From: the human T2T-CHM13v2.0 reference genome, Homo sapiens | Strand: one strand, 5' to 3' | Length of the DNA stretch: 64,000 nucleotides | Assembly: GCF_009914755.1 (NCBI RefSeq) | Contig: NC_060947.1 | Shown: positions 1 to 12,459 of the stretch, piece by piece | Position numbering within the stretch: position 1 is the stretch's first letter | Layout: each line of letters opens with the position of its first letter | The notes under the pieces: generated by a model | What the model was told of the DNA's origin: nothing | The model's database searches: none | The model's input: only the letters and a program-made list of their open reading frames with translations | Position numbers and translations under genes: made by a program

Positions 1-201
1 CCCCTCCAGTATGAACCTATAAAACTTCCCTCCATCCTCTGCCTCTTGGCAGACAGCACCTTCTTTGCTGTGCTGCCTATTGCACCCTTGCAACATATGT
101 TTGTACTTTCTTTAATAAATTTGCCTTTCTTTACCTACAACTGTCTTGGTAAATTCTTTTTTCATCTGTGACACTGGCTCCAACCAGTCACACCCGGGAC
201 A
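1..201 (+). mobile_element. 3' part of an ERV1-class (MER4-group-like) solo LTR
   Basis: LTR-like U3/R/U5 with AATAAA (114-119) followed by 'ttgcctttctttacctacaactgtcttggtaaattcttt' and ending in CA; cut by the window edge. Confidence 0.55.
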
Positions 202-1166
202 GATTTATTTAATTACTTCATTGAATGCTAACTGTGTACCCAGCCGATCTATGTGCTGGTAGGAAGGTAGTATTATACCATTATTAAACTAGTCCTTTGT
301 CTCTCCGAGAATATTTGAACACTCAATCATGATTTTTGGTTGGAACTTTCATTTAAAATGGGTGTTATTCTGAGGGCTCACATTACCAGTATATCAGAAT
401 TGTGTTCTTCCCTCGGGTTTTCATAAAAACAGGTAGCAAAATGATAACATAGATAAATGGAGTTTTGAGAAGTTGCCTACAAGATTAATTTCCTTTTTTA
501 AAAAATGGGTTTATTTTCCAGTACAGTTAAAACATTATTTGTAAGTGCAGAATTTTCTTACAGAAATGTGTATAAAGAATATTATAAAACAAGTGTTAAT
601 TTTGTTTTTTCTTACATCTTATTCTTAACCATTGAACTCATTTTATTGGACTATCATTGGAAAATTTTAATTCTGAGGTTTCACATTATCAATAGCAATT
701 ACTTAGAAAATATTTTCCAAATAAAACATATTATAACTAGGATGTGGATGAGAGGGCTAAAGATGATCACTATGTACATCAAATCCTTTATGTTTATTTC
801 CGAAATTCTACTTTGTGTACACTTTTCAAGAGTCCTATGTTGTCATTTTTTTGGTTTTAACACTACACCTTCACATTTTTTACCTGTATTACAACTCTGA
901 AATTCTATTCATATTTCTATAGCATATATTTTACAATAACCTTGTGTCTTCACAATTTACTAATTTAGTGAAATTATGTGTGCCATAGCAAAAATAATTT
1001 TAAAGGTCTATTTAAAATTATCATCCTCTGTGTAAAGGACATCTGATACTTTCTAGAATGTATTTGTCAATAGGGCTGTTTCATTTTTATATAGAAAATT
1101 TGAACACCATGACTCAACCATTACATAGTTCTTTTTACCCCCTCATTTATCCAAGTTTAAGTTATA

Positions 1167-1547
1167 CAGGCATACCTTGGAGATATTGCAGGTTGGTTCC
1201 AGACCACTACAAGAACACAAATATTGCAATAAAGTGAGTCACACAAGTTTTTTGGTTGCCCAGTATATACAAAAGTTATGTTTATACTATAGTCTATTAA
1301 GTGTACAGTAGCATTATTTCTAAAAAAAATGCATACCTTAGTTTAAAAATACTTCATTGCTAAAAACAAATGCTAACATTATCTGACACAGAGATAAGAA
1401 GTGAGCACATGCTGTAGGAAAAATGGTGCTGATAAAGTTGCTCAACGCAGGGTTGCCACAAGCCATTATTTGTAAACAAAACACAACAAAGCAAAAACTA
1501 TCTGCAAAGCACAATAAAGTGAAGAGCAATAAAATGAGATATGCCTG
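1167..1547 (-). mobile_element. Tigger1 DNA transposon, internally deleted
   Basis: TIRs CAGGCATACCT...ATATGCCTG flanked by TA at 1165-66 and 1548-49; both ends match Tigger1 termini. Confidence 0.85.
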
Positions 1548-1793
1548 TACTTCTTCATAGAACTGTTATCTAATTCTGGAATATACTTACTGAGTACCTT
1601 CTAGGCATCTGTAGAATTTTATTATTGATGCTAAAATAATTTGAGTCTCAAATATATGTTTAGTGCACTATTATTAATTGATATGTGTTCTCTAACTTTT
1701 TTGTAATATATGCTATAGCATTCCCAAATATAATGCAAGTTTCTTGGAATTACGTCCCCAACTTCTCACATTCCCCACTAGCCCTGAACAAAT

Positions 1794-1960
1794 AGGTGCT
1801 CCTCAACTTAGACTGGGCTACATCCCAATAAGCCCATCATAAATTGAAAATGCTGTTAAGTTAAATGTGCATTTTTGACTTAAAATGGGCTTATTTGGAC
1901 ATAACCCCATTGTAAGTCCAGGAGCATACTGAATGTTGTAAGTTGAACCATTGTAAGTCT
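1794..1960. mobile_element. TcMar-Tigger MITE fragment (MER47-like)
   Basis: 'ggtgctcctcaactta...cccaataagcccatc...taaccccattgtaagtccaggagcat' inverted-terminal pattern. Confidence 0.55.
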
Positions 1961-2129
1961 GAATGAATTGAATTTAATACAGAAGAGAGGTCTTCATTAA
2001 GAACTATATAAATGTAAAAGTCACTTCTCAGCATATATTCAGCCCTCCAGTTAATAGGCATATTTCTTTATAATTATTCCAAGTGTTGTGGCTTTAAAAA
2101 TTTCTATTATCTCCTATGTGAGCAGAACA

Positions 2130-2675
2130 TGTGTACAGCTATTAATTGCCATATAACAAACCATCCTAAGACACAATGGCTTAAAACAACAAAAATTTAT
2201 TATTTCTCAGAATTTTGTGGATGAGTTCAGCAGTGTGGTTCATTTGCTGCATGAAATCATAGCAGGGGTTTCTTGTGTAGCTACGTAAAGCTGGGAAGTC
2301 AACTGGGGCTGGAATGTCCGAGAGGACTATGCTCATGTGTCTGGCATCTCAGCTGCAGTGCCTAATAGAGCTGAGTGCTGGCTGGACCATTTTCTTTTCC
2401 TTTTCAGCACTCTAGCCTGAGCTTCTTTACATGGAAGCTGAATGCCAAGAAGGCAAAAAATAAAAAATAGAAAACAGAAGCTGCCAAGCTTTCTAAGGCT
2501 TAGGCCTGGAAATCACAAAGTTTTACTTCTGTCACACTCTCCTGATCCAAACAAGTAACAGGACAAGCCAGATTCAAGGGGAAGGGCTCTTTCTCTTGTT
2601 GGAAGGAGGGACAAAGTCATGTAGCAGAAGGGTTGGGGGAACTGTTGGCAGCCATTTTTGCAGTAATCTATTACA
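2130..2675 (-). mobile_element. MLT1-family MaLR solo LTR
   Basis: 'taacaaaccatcctaagacacaatggcttaaaacaac...ccagattcaaggg...ggcagccattttt' MLT1 motifs. Confidence 0.7.
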
Positions 2676-2799
2676 ACATGGTAGCAAGGAAGGATTGTGA
2701 AATTATCTAGGTAAACTTTTAAATTTTTGCATTTGAGAAAATCAAAGTTTAGAGAAGTGAAATAGTTTGTTTAAGGTACCACAGCTGGTTTTCCAGACT

Positions 2800-2950
2800 C
2801 TTGCTGTGCAAAGTGCTGTCCTTAGACCAGCACCATCAGCACCTTTGAGAACTTATTTGAAATGCAGAATCTCGGACCCCACTCAGGACATACTAAATCA
2901 GAATCTGCCTTTCCCAAGGTTCCCAGGAGCTCTGAATGCACATTAAAATG
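2800..2950. mobile_element. MER5A hAT-Charlie MITE
   Basis: 'accagcaccatcagcac...gaaatgcagaatctc...aaatcagaatctgc' core. Confidence 0.7.
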
Positions 2951-3104
2951 TGCCGAGACTCTCCTGCTCTTTTTACTTCTGCAACTGAGACAGAAGACCT
3001 ACCACCTACAAAAGAAGATTGTTTTGTAGTCAGGGACTTGATTCAGCATGGAAAAGGCTTTGTTTTACTTATTGCCTATTATGTGGTTTGTTTTTCAAAG
3101 CCTT

Positions 3105-3310
3105 ACCCTTAGCTCTTCACAGATATTATCAAATATAATCATCACAACTACCTTGAGGGATAATTATCATAACTCTTCATTTTACAAAAGAGGAAACTGA
3201 TGTTCAAAGACAGGTGGTTAAGTAATTTACCCATGTCACCCACACTTGTACATGGAGAAGCTGAATTCAAACCCAGGGCTTTTTGACTCCAAATTGCATG
3301 CTCTTAATTA
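3105..3310 (-). mobile_element. MIR SINE
   Basis: 'cattttacaaaagaggaaactga...aagtaatttacccatgtcac' MIR core. Confidence 0.7.
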
Positions 3311-4194
3311 TGGTAGAGTATCCACTGGCAACTGCCATATGGCAGCGGTGAAGGAGTCTAAATGTTTAAAGGAAGAGAGTGTTAGAGGGGAGCCATGGCA
3401 TGTGGCTGGCTTGGTGAGCTGTCACTTCTCTCCTGAAGCCTTCCCACTCCCAGTTAGCCTGAAGTGAAGATGCTGGCACAGGCATGTGACAGATGGTGCA
3501 GGCCTGCTCTGCCGTATGTGTGCTGCTCCCTGTTCCTGGGCACACAGCTGCCTGAGACAAGCCTTGCCAGCTGGGCAGCTGCCTCTTGGGGTGTCTCCAA
3601 GGGCTGTTGCTCAGAGAGTGCAGTCCAGCATTTTCTCTACTTCCTCTTTTAGACACGTCTTCCTGCCTTCCCTCAGCTCCTCGGATCTCTACCTGGGACA
3701 GAGAGCACTGTTTGGGTTCTGACTGGGAGCCAGTGCCAGACCTTGAGCTGCACATAACAGGTGGCTTATGGATAAAGCTCATCCAAAAATGGGGGAGCCA
3801 TGGGAAGGAGCAGGGAATGGCTCCTCCTGGACTCCCTCTCCTGGGAGAGCTTGGCGCCTGCCAGAGCTTTCTTGCAACAGCTGTGCGTGGGATGGAAAGG
3901 CAATTTCCTCCTTGCTGTTCCCTTTCCAGGAATGAGAGAGGAAGAAATGAAGAATGAGGGACAAGTGCAAGGCAAGGACACTCCTCTTCCTAGACCCAGA
4001 AGCCGAGGGGAGAGGGGGCCAAGAAAGCAAGCTGGAGAATCATTCCACATTGGAGTAAAGAGAGCAATATTTATGTTTGCTTTGTTCCAGTCAGCACTTC
4101 ATGCCACCACAGGATAGGTTAACAGTTGACATCTAACACTGGGTATGCAGTATTGTGCTAGCTCAGGTAATTACCCTCTCTGGATTAAAATCTC

Positions 4195-4380
4195 TGTGTT
4201 ATCATGTTCCTTGGGTAAGTTACTTGAGCTTACTAAGCCCCAGAGTTCTCATCTGGAAAAATGGGAGTAATAATTTTATCTCCTCATAGGGTTGCTGTGA
4301 GTAATAAATGGGATAATACTTGTAAAGTGATTACATAGTCCAGTAACTGGCATTTAATACATATTTGATAAATGTCATTT
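4195..4380 (+). mobile_element. MIR SINE, followed by an L2 3' end to about 4520
   Basis: 'ttgggtaagttactt...ctcatctggaaaaatgggagtaataa...cctcatagggttgctgtgag'; then 'cctggcacctagtagtactcag...tgaatgaatgaatga'. Confidence 0.7.
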
Positions 4381-5509
4381 AGTAGTATCAAAATTATTGT
4401 GAGAGTAGAAACTGTCTAGTTTACTATTATATCCCCAGCTCCAAGAACAGTTCCTGGCACCTAGTAGTACTCAGTATTATTTGATGAATGAATGAATGAT
4501 TTGATGAATGAATAAGTGAACAAATTCTCAAATATCCTAACAGTCATTTTGTGCTTTATCAGAGGACTCAGTAGCTTATGTGTAGAGAAATGAAAACTTC
4601 CATGTGTGTACATGTGATTGTGTATATGTGTGTACATATGTTTAGGAGGTATATAGTATATGTATATAGGTGGGGATAGACAGATTTTTCAAGTGCTGTT
4701 TAGTTGGTCAGAAATGACGCTGCATTTTTATTTTCCTGGACCAAACTTCCCTTTTTCCTCCCTCCCTTTCTTTTCTTCCTAAATTCTTATTTTGGCTTTG
4801 ATGTCAAAATCCTGCCTCGGAGCATATCTATAGGCGGCTTTCATGCTCACAGAAAAGAGTAAACTGGCTTGAAACCCAAGGCCCTTATCAAGTGAAATGA
4901 CAAAGCATTTCTGCCGTAAAGATGGTCTTTCAACAATTCAAACTAAGCACCAGGACAGGCATTTCACAGTCTTCCTAGGGTGAGTGAGTGGTCTGTGGGA
5001 GTGGAATCCCTCTTGATCTTGTCCTGTTGGAGACCTTGAGGTCTGATAGCCACCAGCTCCTTCACTCCCGCACATCTGGAAGGAAGACAAGATGAGCAGA
5101 AAGCCATAGAATCAGTACATCAAAATCTGCCGGACAGGAAATGGAGTTACCCTGCTCAATAATTAGGTTCTGAGATCATGAAACTGAGGGGAATCGTTCA
5201 CAGTTCAAGAAAGGGCAAAGAATGAAAGAAGTCTAATCTCCCATTTCCTAGGGGTCTGCTGCTTTTGGTCAGAGTCTGAGAGAGGCCAGCAAGGAACAGA
5301 TTGCTCTCTTGTCCCTATTGTATCCTGTGTTTCCTGAAGGAATGATTTTATAACAAGAATTGGGAACATAATCTATTCTCTCAGAAGTGAAGCTTGGGAT
5401 GGGTCTCAGTCCTGAGATTTGCTTCACAATCAGTGAGAGCTTTCTCGATATACGTATACCCGGACGTCAAAATTAAAAGAAAAAAATTCTTGGGGGTTAC
5501 ATCCTAGGT

Positions 5510-5850
5510 TTTTTTATTATTAAGTAACCTTGATTATTTTATAATAATTTTGGATTTACACAGAAGTTGCAAAGATAGCACAGATAGCTCCTACGTATCC
5601 CTCATTCTGTTTCCCCCATTGTTAACACCTTTGATTTTGATGGTACTTCGGTACATTAGTGTTCACTAAACTGCAGTCTTTATTTGGATTTCACCAGTTT
5701 TTCTACTACTTTATCTTCTGTTTCAGGATCTCATCCAGGATGCCAGTTTGCATTTAGTTGTCATGTCTCCTCAGTCTTCCCTGGTCTGTCAGTTTTTCTG
5801 TCTTTCCTTGTTTTCCATGACCTTGACAGTCTTAAGGAATACTAGCCAAG
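5510..5850 (-). mobile_element. Ancient L1M (L1MC-like) 3' fragment
   Basis: 'ataattttggatttacacagaagttgcaaagatagcacag...tttcaccagttttt...gttgtcatgtctcc'. Confidence 0.6.
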
Positions 5851-6274
5851 ATTACATTTACTTTATAAAAATTTCAAGTAGATTTTGATTCCGAATAGCA
5901 CTGCTGTTAAGAACTCCTTCCTGTAGAGACACTTGGACCTGAATTTTGGCTTTGAATATAAGTTTTGCCTGAATTCTTAAAGGTTTTAAGTTAAGATTTC
6001 TTACTGCCTATCAAGTATCTCTGACATTTTGGTGACTAATAACCTTTTTTAGTTAGGAATGAAAATGTATCTTGGCTATAATATAAGCCAATATAAATTT
6101 GAAATTGAGATTTGAGCATATCAAAATACATTATATGAACGAGCACTTTATATAAGAATCTTTGGCTAACTAAACTTTTATGGCTTTAATAAGGGCAATA
6201 ATCACAATTACTGAATGCTAACTATGAGTGAGGTACTGTCTTTGGTGAGTTAAATGTGGTAAGGTACTTAACTC

Positions 6275-6808
6275 TGTGATGGCCTTGGATGTATCAATTT
6301 GCCTAGGTGCAACTACCATCCAAGGATTCCCTTCTAGGGAATTCTTTTTCCAGTTAGGGCAGGCTAAAAGGGGCAGTCCCTAGAGAGTTAGAGGAGGCAA
6401 AAGAGGCAGTGACCATTTTGTAGCACACACATCTTGCCCCAATTATTCAATCAAATACTAATCTATATGTTGTTGTGAAGGGATTCTGCAGGTGCAATTA
6501 AGATCCATAATGAGTTGACTTTAAATTCATCAAAAAGGAGATTATACTGGGTGGACATGACCTAATCAGCTTAAAGACCTTTAAATGAGGGTTTAGGCTT
6601 CCCTGAGTTAAGAAATGCCTGTGGACAAGCTAAAACTTGTACCCCTGAGCCTGCAGCCTGCTTGTGATCTTCCCTTCCTGACCACCTGCACTCTGAACAT
6701 TGGACTTGATAAGGAGCCTTCACAATGACATAAGCCAATTCCTTGTAATAAATCTATTTAGTATACATATTGTCTGGTTCCGCTGCTCTGGTTGAACCTT
6801 GACTGAGG
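6275..6808 (+). mobile_element. MLT2-family ERVL solo LTR
   Basis: TGTGATGG start; 'taagccaattccttgtaataaatct' and 'tctggttccgctgctctggttgaaccttgactg' end. Confidence 0.65.
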
Positions 6809-7047
6809 GAAACTCTCATCATATGAGAGTTATTCCTTATTCCCATTTACATCTAGAGAAACTGAAGCACAGAGAAATTAAATAACTTTCCCAAGATCAC
6901 ATGATCAGTGACAGTTTAAATTCAAAGTCATGGTGTTTAGTCTCCAAATAGGGCTCTTGATTGTTATATTATACTGGCTCTTGCATAGGCATTGGAATGT
7001 ACAAATGAAAGAAGCCAGTAACAACCATTTTAAAAATGATTAATCCA

Positions 7048-7395
7048 GAGCAGTGATTTTTATCCTTGGCTGCACATTGGAATGTCTTGGGGAACTATAG
7101 AAACCCAGTGCCCAGGGTGAATCCCAGTTACATCGGTTTCTCTGGGGCTGGGATCCAGGCATGTTTTTAAAGCCTCCATCAGATTCCAATGCATAAAAAA
7201 AATTCAGGAATCAGCGCTTTAGACTAGAGCAGCATGTCTCAAATTTCAATGTGTGTAAGACTCACCTAGAAATCCCGTAGGTTTTAACTCCATAGGTCTG
7301 GGTTGGGGCAGAGATTCTGCATCTGTAAGAGGCTCTTTCCAGGTAATGTTGATGCTGATGGTCTAGGAACCACACGTGGCTAGCAAAGCTCTGGA
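7048..7395. mobile_element. Two adjacent MER5-type MITEs
   Basis: 'cagtgatttttatccttggctgcacattggaat' and 'tctcaaatttcaatgtgtgtaagactcaccta...ggtctgggttggggcagagattctgcat'. Confidence 0.6.
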
Positions 7396-7681
7396 GTGTG
7401 TTTCAAAGTGAAAGATAATTTAGAAGAGGGGACAGACTGAAAAAGAAGAGTGTATCCTTGGTTGCAAATAATACGATATGGAGTGATCTACATGCGGCAG
7501 ATAGGGGAAGGCATTGGAGACAGACCAAGCAAGTGGAATCACCTGTCTAATGAGGGTTATCAGTAAAAGGTCTTAGAGCCTCTTCCCAGAAATATGTGCT
7601 CCAAGGACCAGAAAATATCCCAGAATGGTTGTTTTCAACAACATGATTCTTGCTCTTGCTTGTACAACAGATTACAGCGGA

Positions 7682-7902
7682 GCAGTTTCTTAATAGGAGC
7701 ACTTATTGACTTTGGGACCAAGTGATTTTTTTGTGTGGGGCTGTTGTGTGCATTGCAGGATCTTTAGCAGCATCCCTGGCTTCTACGCACTAGATGCCAG
7801 TAGCAAGTTACAACGCCATCAAGTTGTAACAACAAAGATGTTTCCAGGCATGGCAAAATATGCCCTGAGGGACAAAAATCACCTGCAGTTAAGAACCACT
7901 GG
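7682..7902. mobile_element. MER20 hAT-Charlie element
   Basis: 'gtgcattgcaggatctttagcagcatccctggcttctacgcactagatgccagtagc...gttaagaaccactg'. Confidence 0.8.
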
Positions 7903-8867
7903 AATAGACAACGTTAACACAGGGCTGTTGCACTGAAGTCCAAGATCAAGGCTTCAGAACATTAATGAAAACTGTTAGGAAGAGTGAATGATGGAGCCAA
8001 TCATTACTCTGGTAAACAGGGAGCACTTGATCAAGGGGGAGAAGGAAATGAGGGGGACAGTGAGACTTAGGTTCATCCAATATAACATGCATTACCTTAT
8101 TAAACTCAGCAAATTTTTTTTGAACTTCAAAATTCAGCAGTTAAATGAGATGGAAATGGGACTCCCCCTGCTGCTGCTGGTAACATTGCAGAGACAAGGG
8201 GATGAGAAGATAAACTGTTGTAACGTGAAGGTTCGTTTACATTATGTTAAGACTGGGGATGTCTTCTGCCTTTTAGTCTTCCATTAGCTGCCTACCTGGG
8301 GCCTGTGTGCCAAGTTGTTCTAGAAACCTCTCAACCAGGTAATAGGTAGAGCTCTACCTCACATAAGTTGTTTTCTTCCTGTAGCTGGGTCAATGTTCAT
8401 GGTTCTGACATAGTTGTATAAGCACCCTGAGATTTTATAGTTATTTTAAAAGTCACTATTTATATTTGAACCTGAATCTGTTTCCCAGTATTTTTTATCC
8501 CCTCTCATCAAGCTACTCTTTCTGCTTTGGATGACTATATAAGGGCTCAAAGATTCTTTCCTTCAAAGGAGCTGTCCCTTGTGATACTCTTCGATGTGAT
8601 TTCTCAATTTCAGGCTTCCAGCCATTGAGTTCTGAATGATTTCCCCTGTGTAATTGCACAGACACCCTTCTTGAGCTCTTTAGGCTATCATAGTTTCAGA
8701 TAATTCAATTAGCTTTCCTAAATCGTAGAGGCATATTGAAGTATTTTAAAGAAAAAAAAAATAATTCAAACTCAACCACATGACTCGTTTTCACCTGCAG
8801 TATTCTTTCCTTATCTTTTCACCCCCCGCAGTGCCCAACTGTGGTGTTTGTAAAGAGGCCAAGTTAC

Positions 8868-9233
8868 TGTGATCTGAATGTTTATGTCCCCCACAAAATT
8901 CAGATGTTGAAATCTAATCACCAATATAATGGTGTTACGAGGTGGGGTCATTAGGAGGTGATTGGGTCATGAGGGTAGTGCTTTTGTGAATGGGATTCGT
9001 GCCCTTATCAAAGAGATCCTAGAGAGCTGCCTCTTCCCTTCTACCATCATGTGAGGACACAGCAAGAAGGTGCCATTTGTGAAGCAGAAAGCAGGCCTTC
9101 ATTAGACACCAAATCTGCTGGTGTCTTGACCTTGGACTTCCCAGCCTCTAGAACTGTGAAAAATAAATTTCTGTTGCTTATAAGGCACCCATTTTGTGTT
9201 GCTTTGTTATAGAAGCCTGAATGGACTAAGACA
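8868..9233 (+). mobile_element. MLT1A-like MaLR solo LTR
   Basis: 'tgtgatctgaatgtttatgtcccc...ggacttcccagcctctagaactgtgaaaaataaatttctg...gaatggactaagaca'. Confidence 0.85.
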
Positions 9234-9357
9234 TCAATGTAACATTAGGAGTCCTTGCGTAGTTCATGTCAAGTGACCATAGCAGTGAAATGTGCTTGGG
9301 GCTGAGCCCTGTGGTCCATGGATTGGGCCAATGAGCCATTCCCCAAAGAATGTTTAA

Positions 9358-9535
9358 ACTGGTGTTTCTCAAACCAGAAAGGTGTCCACGAATCCCCTGG
9401 ACATCTGATTAAAATGCAGATGTTGATTCAGCAGGTCTGGTACAAAGCCTGGGATTCTGCATTTCTAGCAAGCTCCCAGGGGATGCCAATGCTGCTGGTC
9501 TCCAGAACAGACCACACTTGGAGTAGTGAGGACTT
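9358..9535. mobile_element. MER5A MITE
   Basis: 'ttaaaatgcagatgttgattcagcaggtctgg...ttctgcatttctagcaagctcccagg'. Confidence 0.75.
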
Positions 9536-9684
9536 AAACTGGTCTTGTGTTTGGGGGTTTGGAAGCTGCTAAATTCAGTATCTGAATTAATCTGAGTGTA
9601 AATTACTTAACATTCACCTCACTCTGCTTTCCTGAAAAACCTTGATAATTACCATTCCAAATTCCTAATTTAAAATCTGGTATG

Positions 9685-10130
9685 GAACATGGATGAATTA
9701 CAAAAAAAAAAAAAAAAGAAAGAAAAAAAGCATGCTGAGCAAAACAAGCCAGGCACAAAAGAGTACATTTAATATGATTCCATTTACATGAAATTCTGGA
9801 ACAGGCAAAACTAATCTAGAATGACAGAAATCAAATTAGTGGTTGCCTGCTGGGGTTGGTGGTGGTTGTGGGGTTGTCTAAATTTGTTAGGGGTGATAAT
9901 GGTCCTTATTTCTTAGACATAATACTGATATATTTACGAATAAATGGTACAGTTCCTGGGATTAACTTCAAAATAATTAGCTGGAGAAAAGGGTGTGGGT
10001 ATGGCTAAAACAGAAGTGACTGTGTGTTAGTAATTGTTGAAGCTGGGTGTTGAGTACATGGCCCTCATTGTATTATTCTCTACTGCTGTATTTATGTGAA
10101 TATTTCCAGAACACAAAATATTTTAAAAAG
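9685..10130 (+). mobile_element. Ancient L1M 3' fragments
   Basis: 'agccaggcacaaaagagtaca...atgattccatttacatgaaattctggaacaggcaaaactaatcta'. Confidence 0.6.
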
Positions 10131-10211
10131 TGGTTATCAGTTGGAATGTTTTCTCTGATGATTAAAGCTTTTTATGAATGTAGGAAATATTGTTACCAAA
10201 GACTGCTTTTA

Positions 10212-11490
10212 TTCATTCATTCAGTATACAATCATTGTGTACCATGTGTGCCATGGATTGTGCTAGATAATGGAGATAAATCAAGGAATAAAGTCGAAAA
10301 ACCTCCTACAGTCCTGGGGCTTGCATTATAGTGCAGAAGACAGGTATAACTAATGAACAAAATCAATAAGTAAATACATTGCATAGTATGTTAGACATAA
10401 GTGCCATGGTAAAACCGGGGCTGGCTAAGGGAATTGAAAGGAGAGGAAGGCTGGGTAGGAAAGGCAAGGGCTCATTGAGGAGCTGGGTGCTCAGGGCAGG
10501 GCTCCCTGAAAAGATGACATTTGCATCAAATCCAGAAGGAAATGAGAGGTTTAGCCCATGCAGATAAATGGGGACAGAGTATTCTAGGCAAAGAACAACC
10601 AGTGAGAAGGCCTCATGTAGGAGCAGTTCAAGGTTCCAACACCAAGGAAGAGGTCCTCATGACTGAAAGGTGTGTGTGTGTATTGGGGGTATGGGGGGCA
10701 GGCAGGAAGAGAGGCAGTCAGGGCTGGATGGGTCTAGATCAGTGATTGTATTGACATTGGCTTTTCCTCTGAGATGGAGGTGCCCTGGCGGTTTTAAGCA
10801 GCTTGGCATGGGGCAACCTGACTGCTGTGTTAAGAAGACTCTATGGACAGGGGTGGAAGTGAGGAAAGCAGGCACTCACTTGGTCTTTCCCAGTGTCTTC
10901 TCTCAGGTGCTGCTTGTAGATGGCTTGGTATCCTATTATTTGCAATTGAGCATACCCTCCTCTTTATCAGTCTGTCTCCTCTCAAACATCCTTCACTTTG
11001 AAACACACTCTAGATGCAGTCCCTGGACCAGTGGCAGCAGCATCACCTAGGAGGAGCCTCTGAGCTGCTCCATCAATAATCCAGGTGAGACCATAGAAAT
11101 ATATAGGTAAGTGAGGTGATGAATATGTTAATTAGTTTGATTTACTCATTACACATTTTATGCATGTATCAAAACATCACATTGTACTCCATAAATATAT
11201 ACAATTATGACTTGTTAATTTAAAATAATATTAATTAAAAAAGAAAAAGATAATAGTAATTATCCAGATGAGAGAATATGGGGGAGTCAGACTAGGTGGA
11301 AGCTCTGGAGGTAGGGAGAAGTAGGATTCTGGAACTATTTTGAAAGTAGATCCAGCAGGATTTCCTAAGTGATTGGCTGTGTGCTATGAGAGTCACAGAG
11401 AGTAAAGGATGTCTCCAAGGTTTGGGCCTGAATAAGTGGAAAGATGGACTTGCCTTTGCAATGAGAAGACAGCTTGGGGTGTCTGAGTAA
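10212..11490 (-). mobile_element. L2 LINE fragments, interrupted by a MER5-like piece and a + strand L1MA 3' end (about 11105-11250)
   Basis: 'ttcattcattcag' L2 tail; 'ttttgaaagtagatccagcaggatttcct'; L1MA 'atcaaaacatcacattgtactccataaatatatacaatt' plus A tail. Confidence 0.6.
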
Positions 11491-12459
11491 GGGCTAAAAG
11501 GTTGTTTCACAAACTCTCCACCCTGCAGTGAACATAACATTCAACTTCCTTAAAGCCAGACATTATGTTTGTGCAATAGCTCCCTAAAAACTACGAAATG
11601 GCTTTTCCATCAAAGCAAATTTGAAAAAGTATTGAGAAATACAGAAAGTCTGAACTATAAATTTGTAGGGCATTTTGTATGATGATAGTAGCTAATGGCA
11701 ATATGCTCTATATTCTTCTCTGTGGCATCCTAATTTGTCATGCCTAAAATGCACCTGGGTGATTGAGAATGTATTTGCTTCCTTTCAGGAAGTGGCTGGT
11801 GACTATAGCAAGAGGAATGTTGCAGAATAATTTGTTATTACAGAAGAAAATGGGTGAAAAGTTTATGGCAGACTAAAACCTGACATCAATCCTAATCTTA
11901 TTTTTACTTGCTGTGACTCACGAGTGATGTTGACTTTTTTTTTTTTTTTTGCAGCTGACACTTTGTGCTGCCAACCTCCCTTTCATTTATTTGCGTTTGT
12001 TTTTGCTTTTTATTGTTACCCCAGTGACATCTTTCTCTTTCCTCTCATAGAGAGAAGGATTAAGATTTAAAAGATAATATAATATGAACATGTTTATTTA
12101 GCCATAGACGCTGAGTCCCCAATAATATTTTCATTTTTATAAGGAGTTTTGAATATAAGGACACATTCATTTAAAAGGACTATTACGTGAAAAATTTTCA
12201 TGGCTGACTAATGGGTTGGTTTCTGCCAACAATAATGAGCATAATTTCAACTGAACAATATTGCTGTTTTTCACCAATTCTGTTATTCGCCATCAGTCTA
12301 GCATCATACTTTCTTCAATCATTTTCTGCTATTACAATCTGAATGTAATACAAAATACTGGGTATTAATGTATTATCCTAATGCAGTCTTTGGAAAAATA
12401 CTAAATTTGTGATTCAGTGGTCCATACTTCTGAACAATGTTTTTTCTTTCAAAACTTGT

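Noticed and set aside
505-900. 131-aa ORF
   Set aside because: AT-rich, F/I/L/Y-biased composition typical of chance ORFs; no homology recognised
11905-11960. T16-GCAG strong splice-acceptor-like site on the + strand
   Set aside because: No clear downstream donor or open exon; cannot be supported without transcript data
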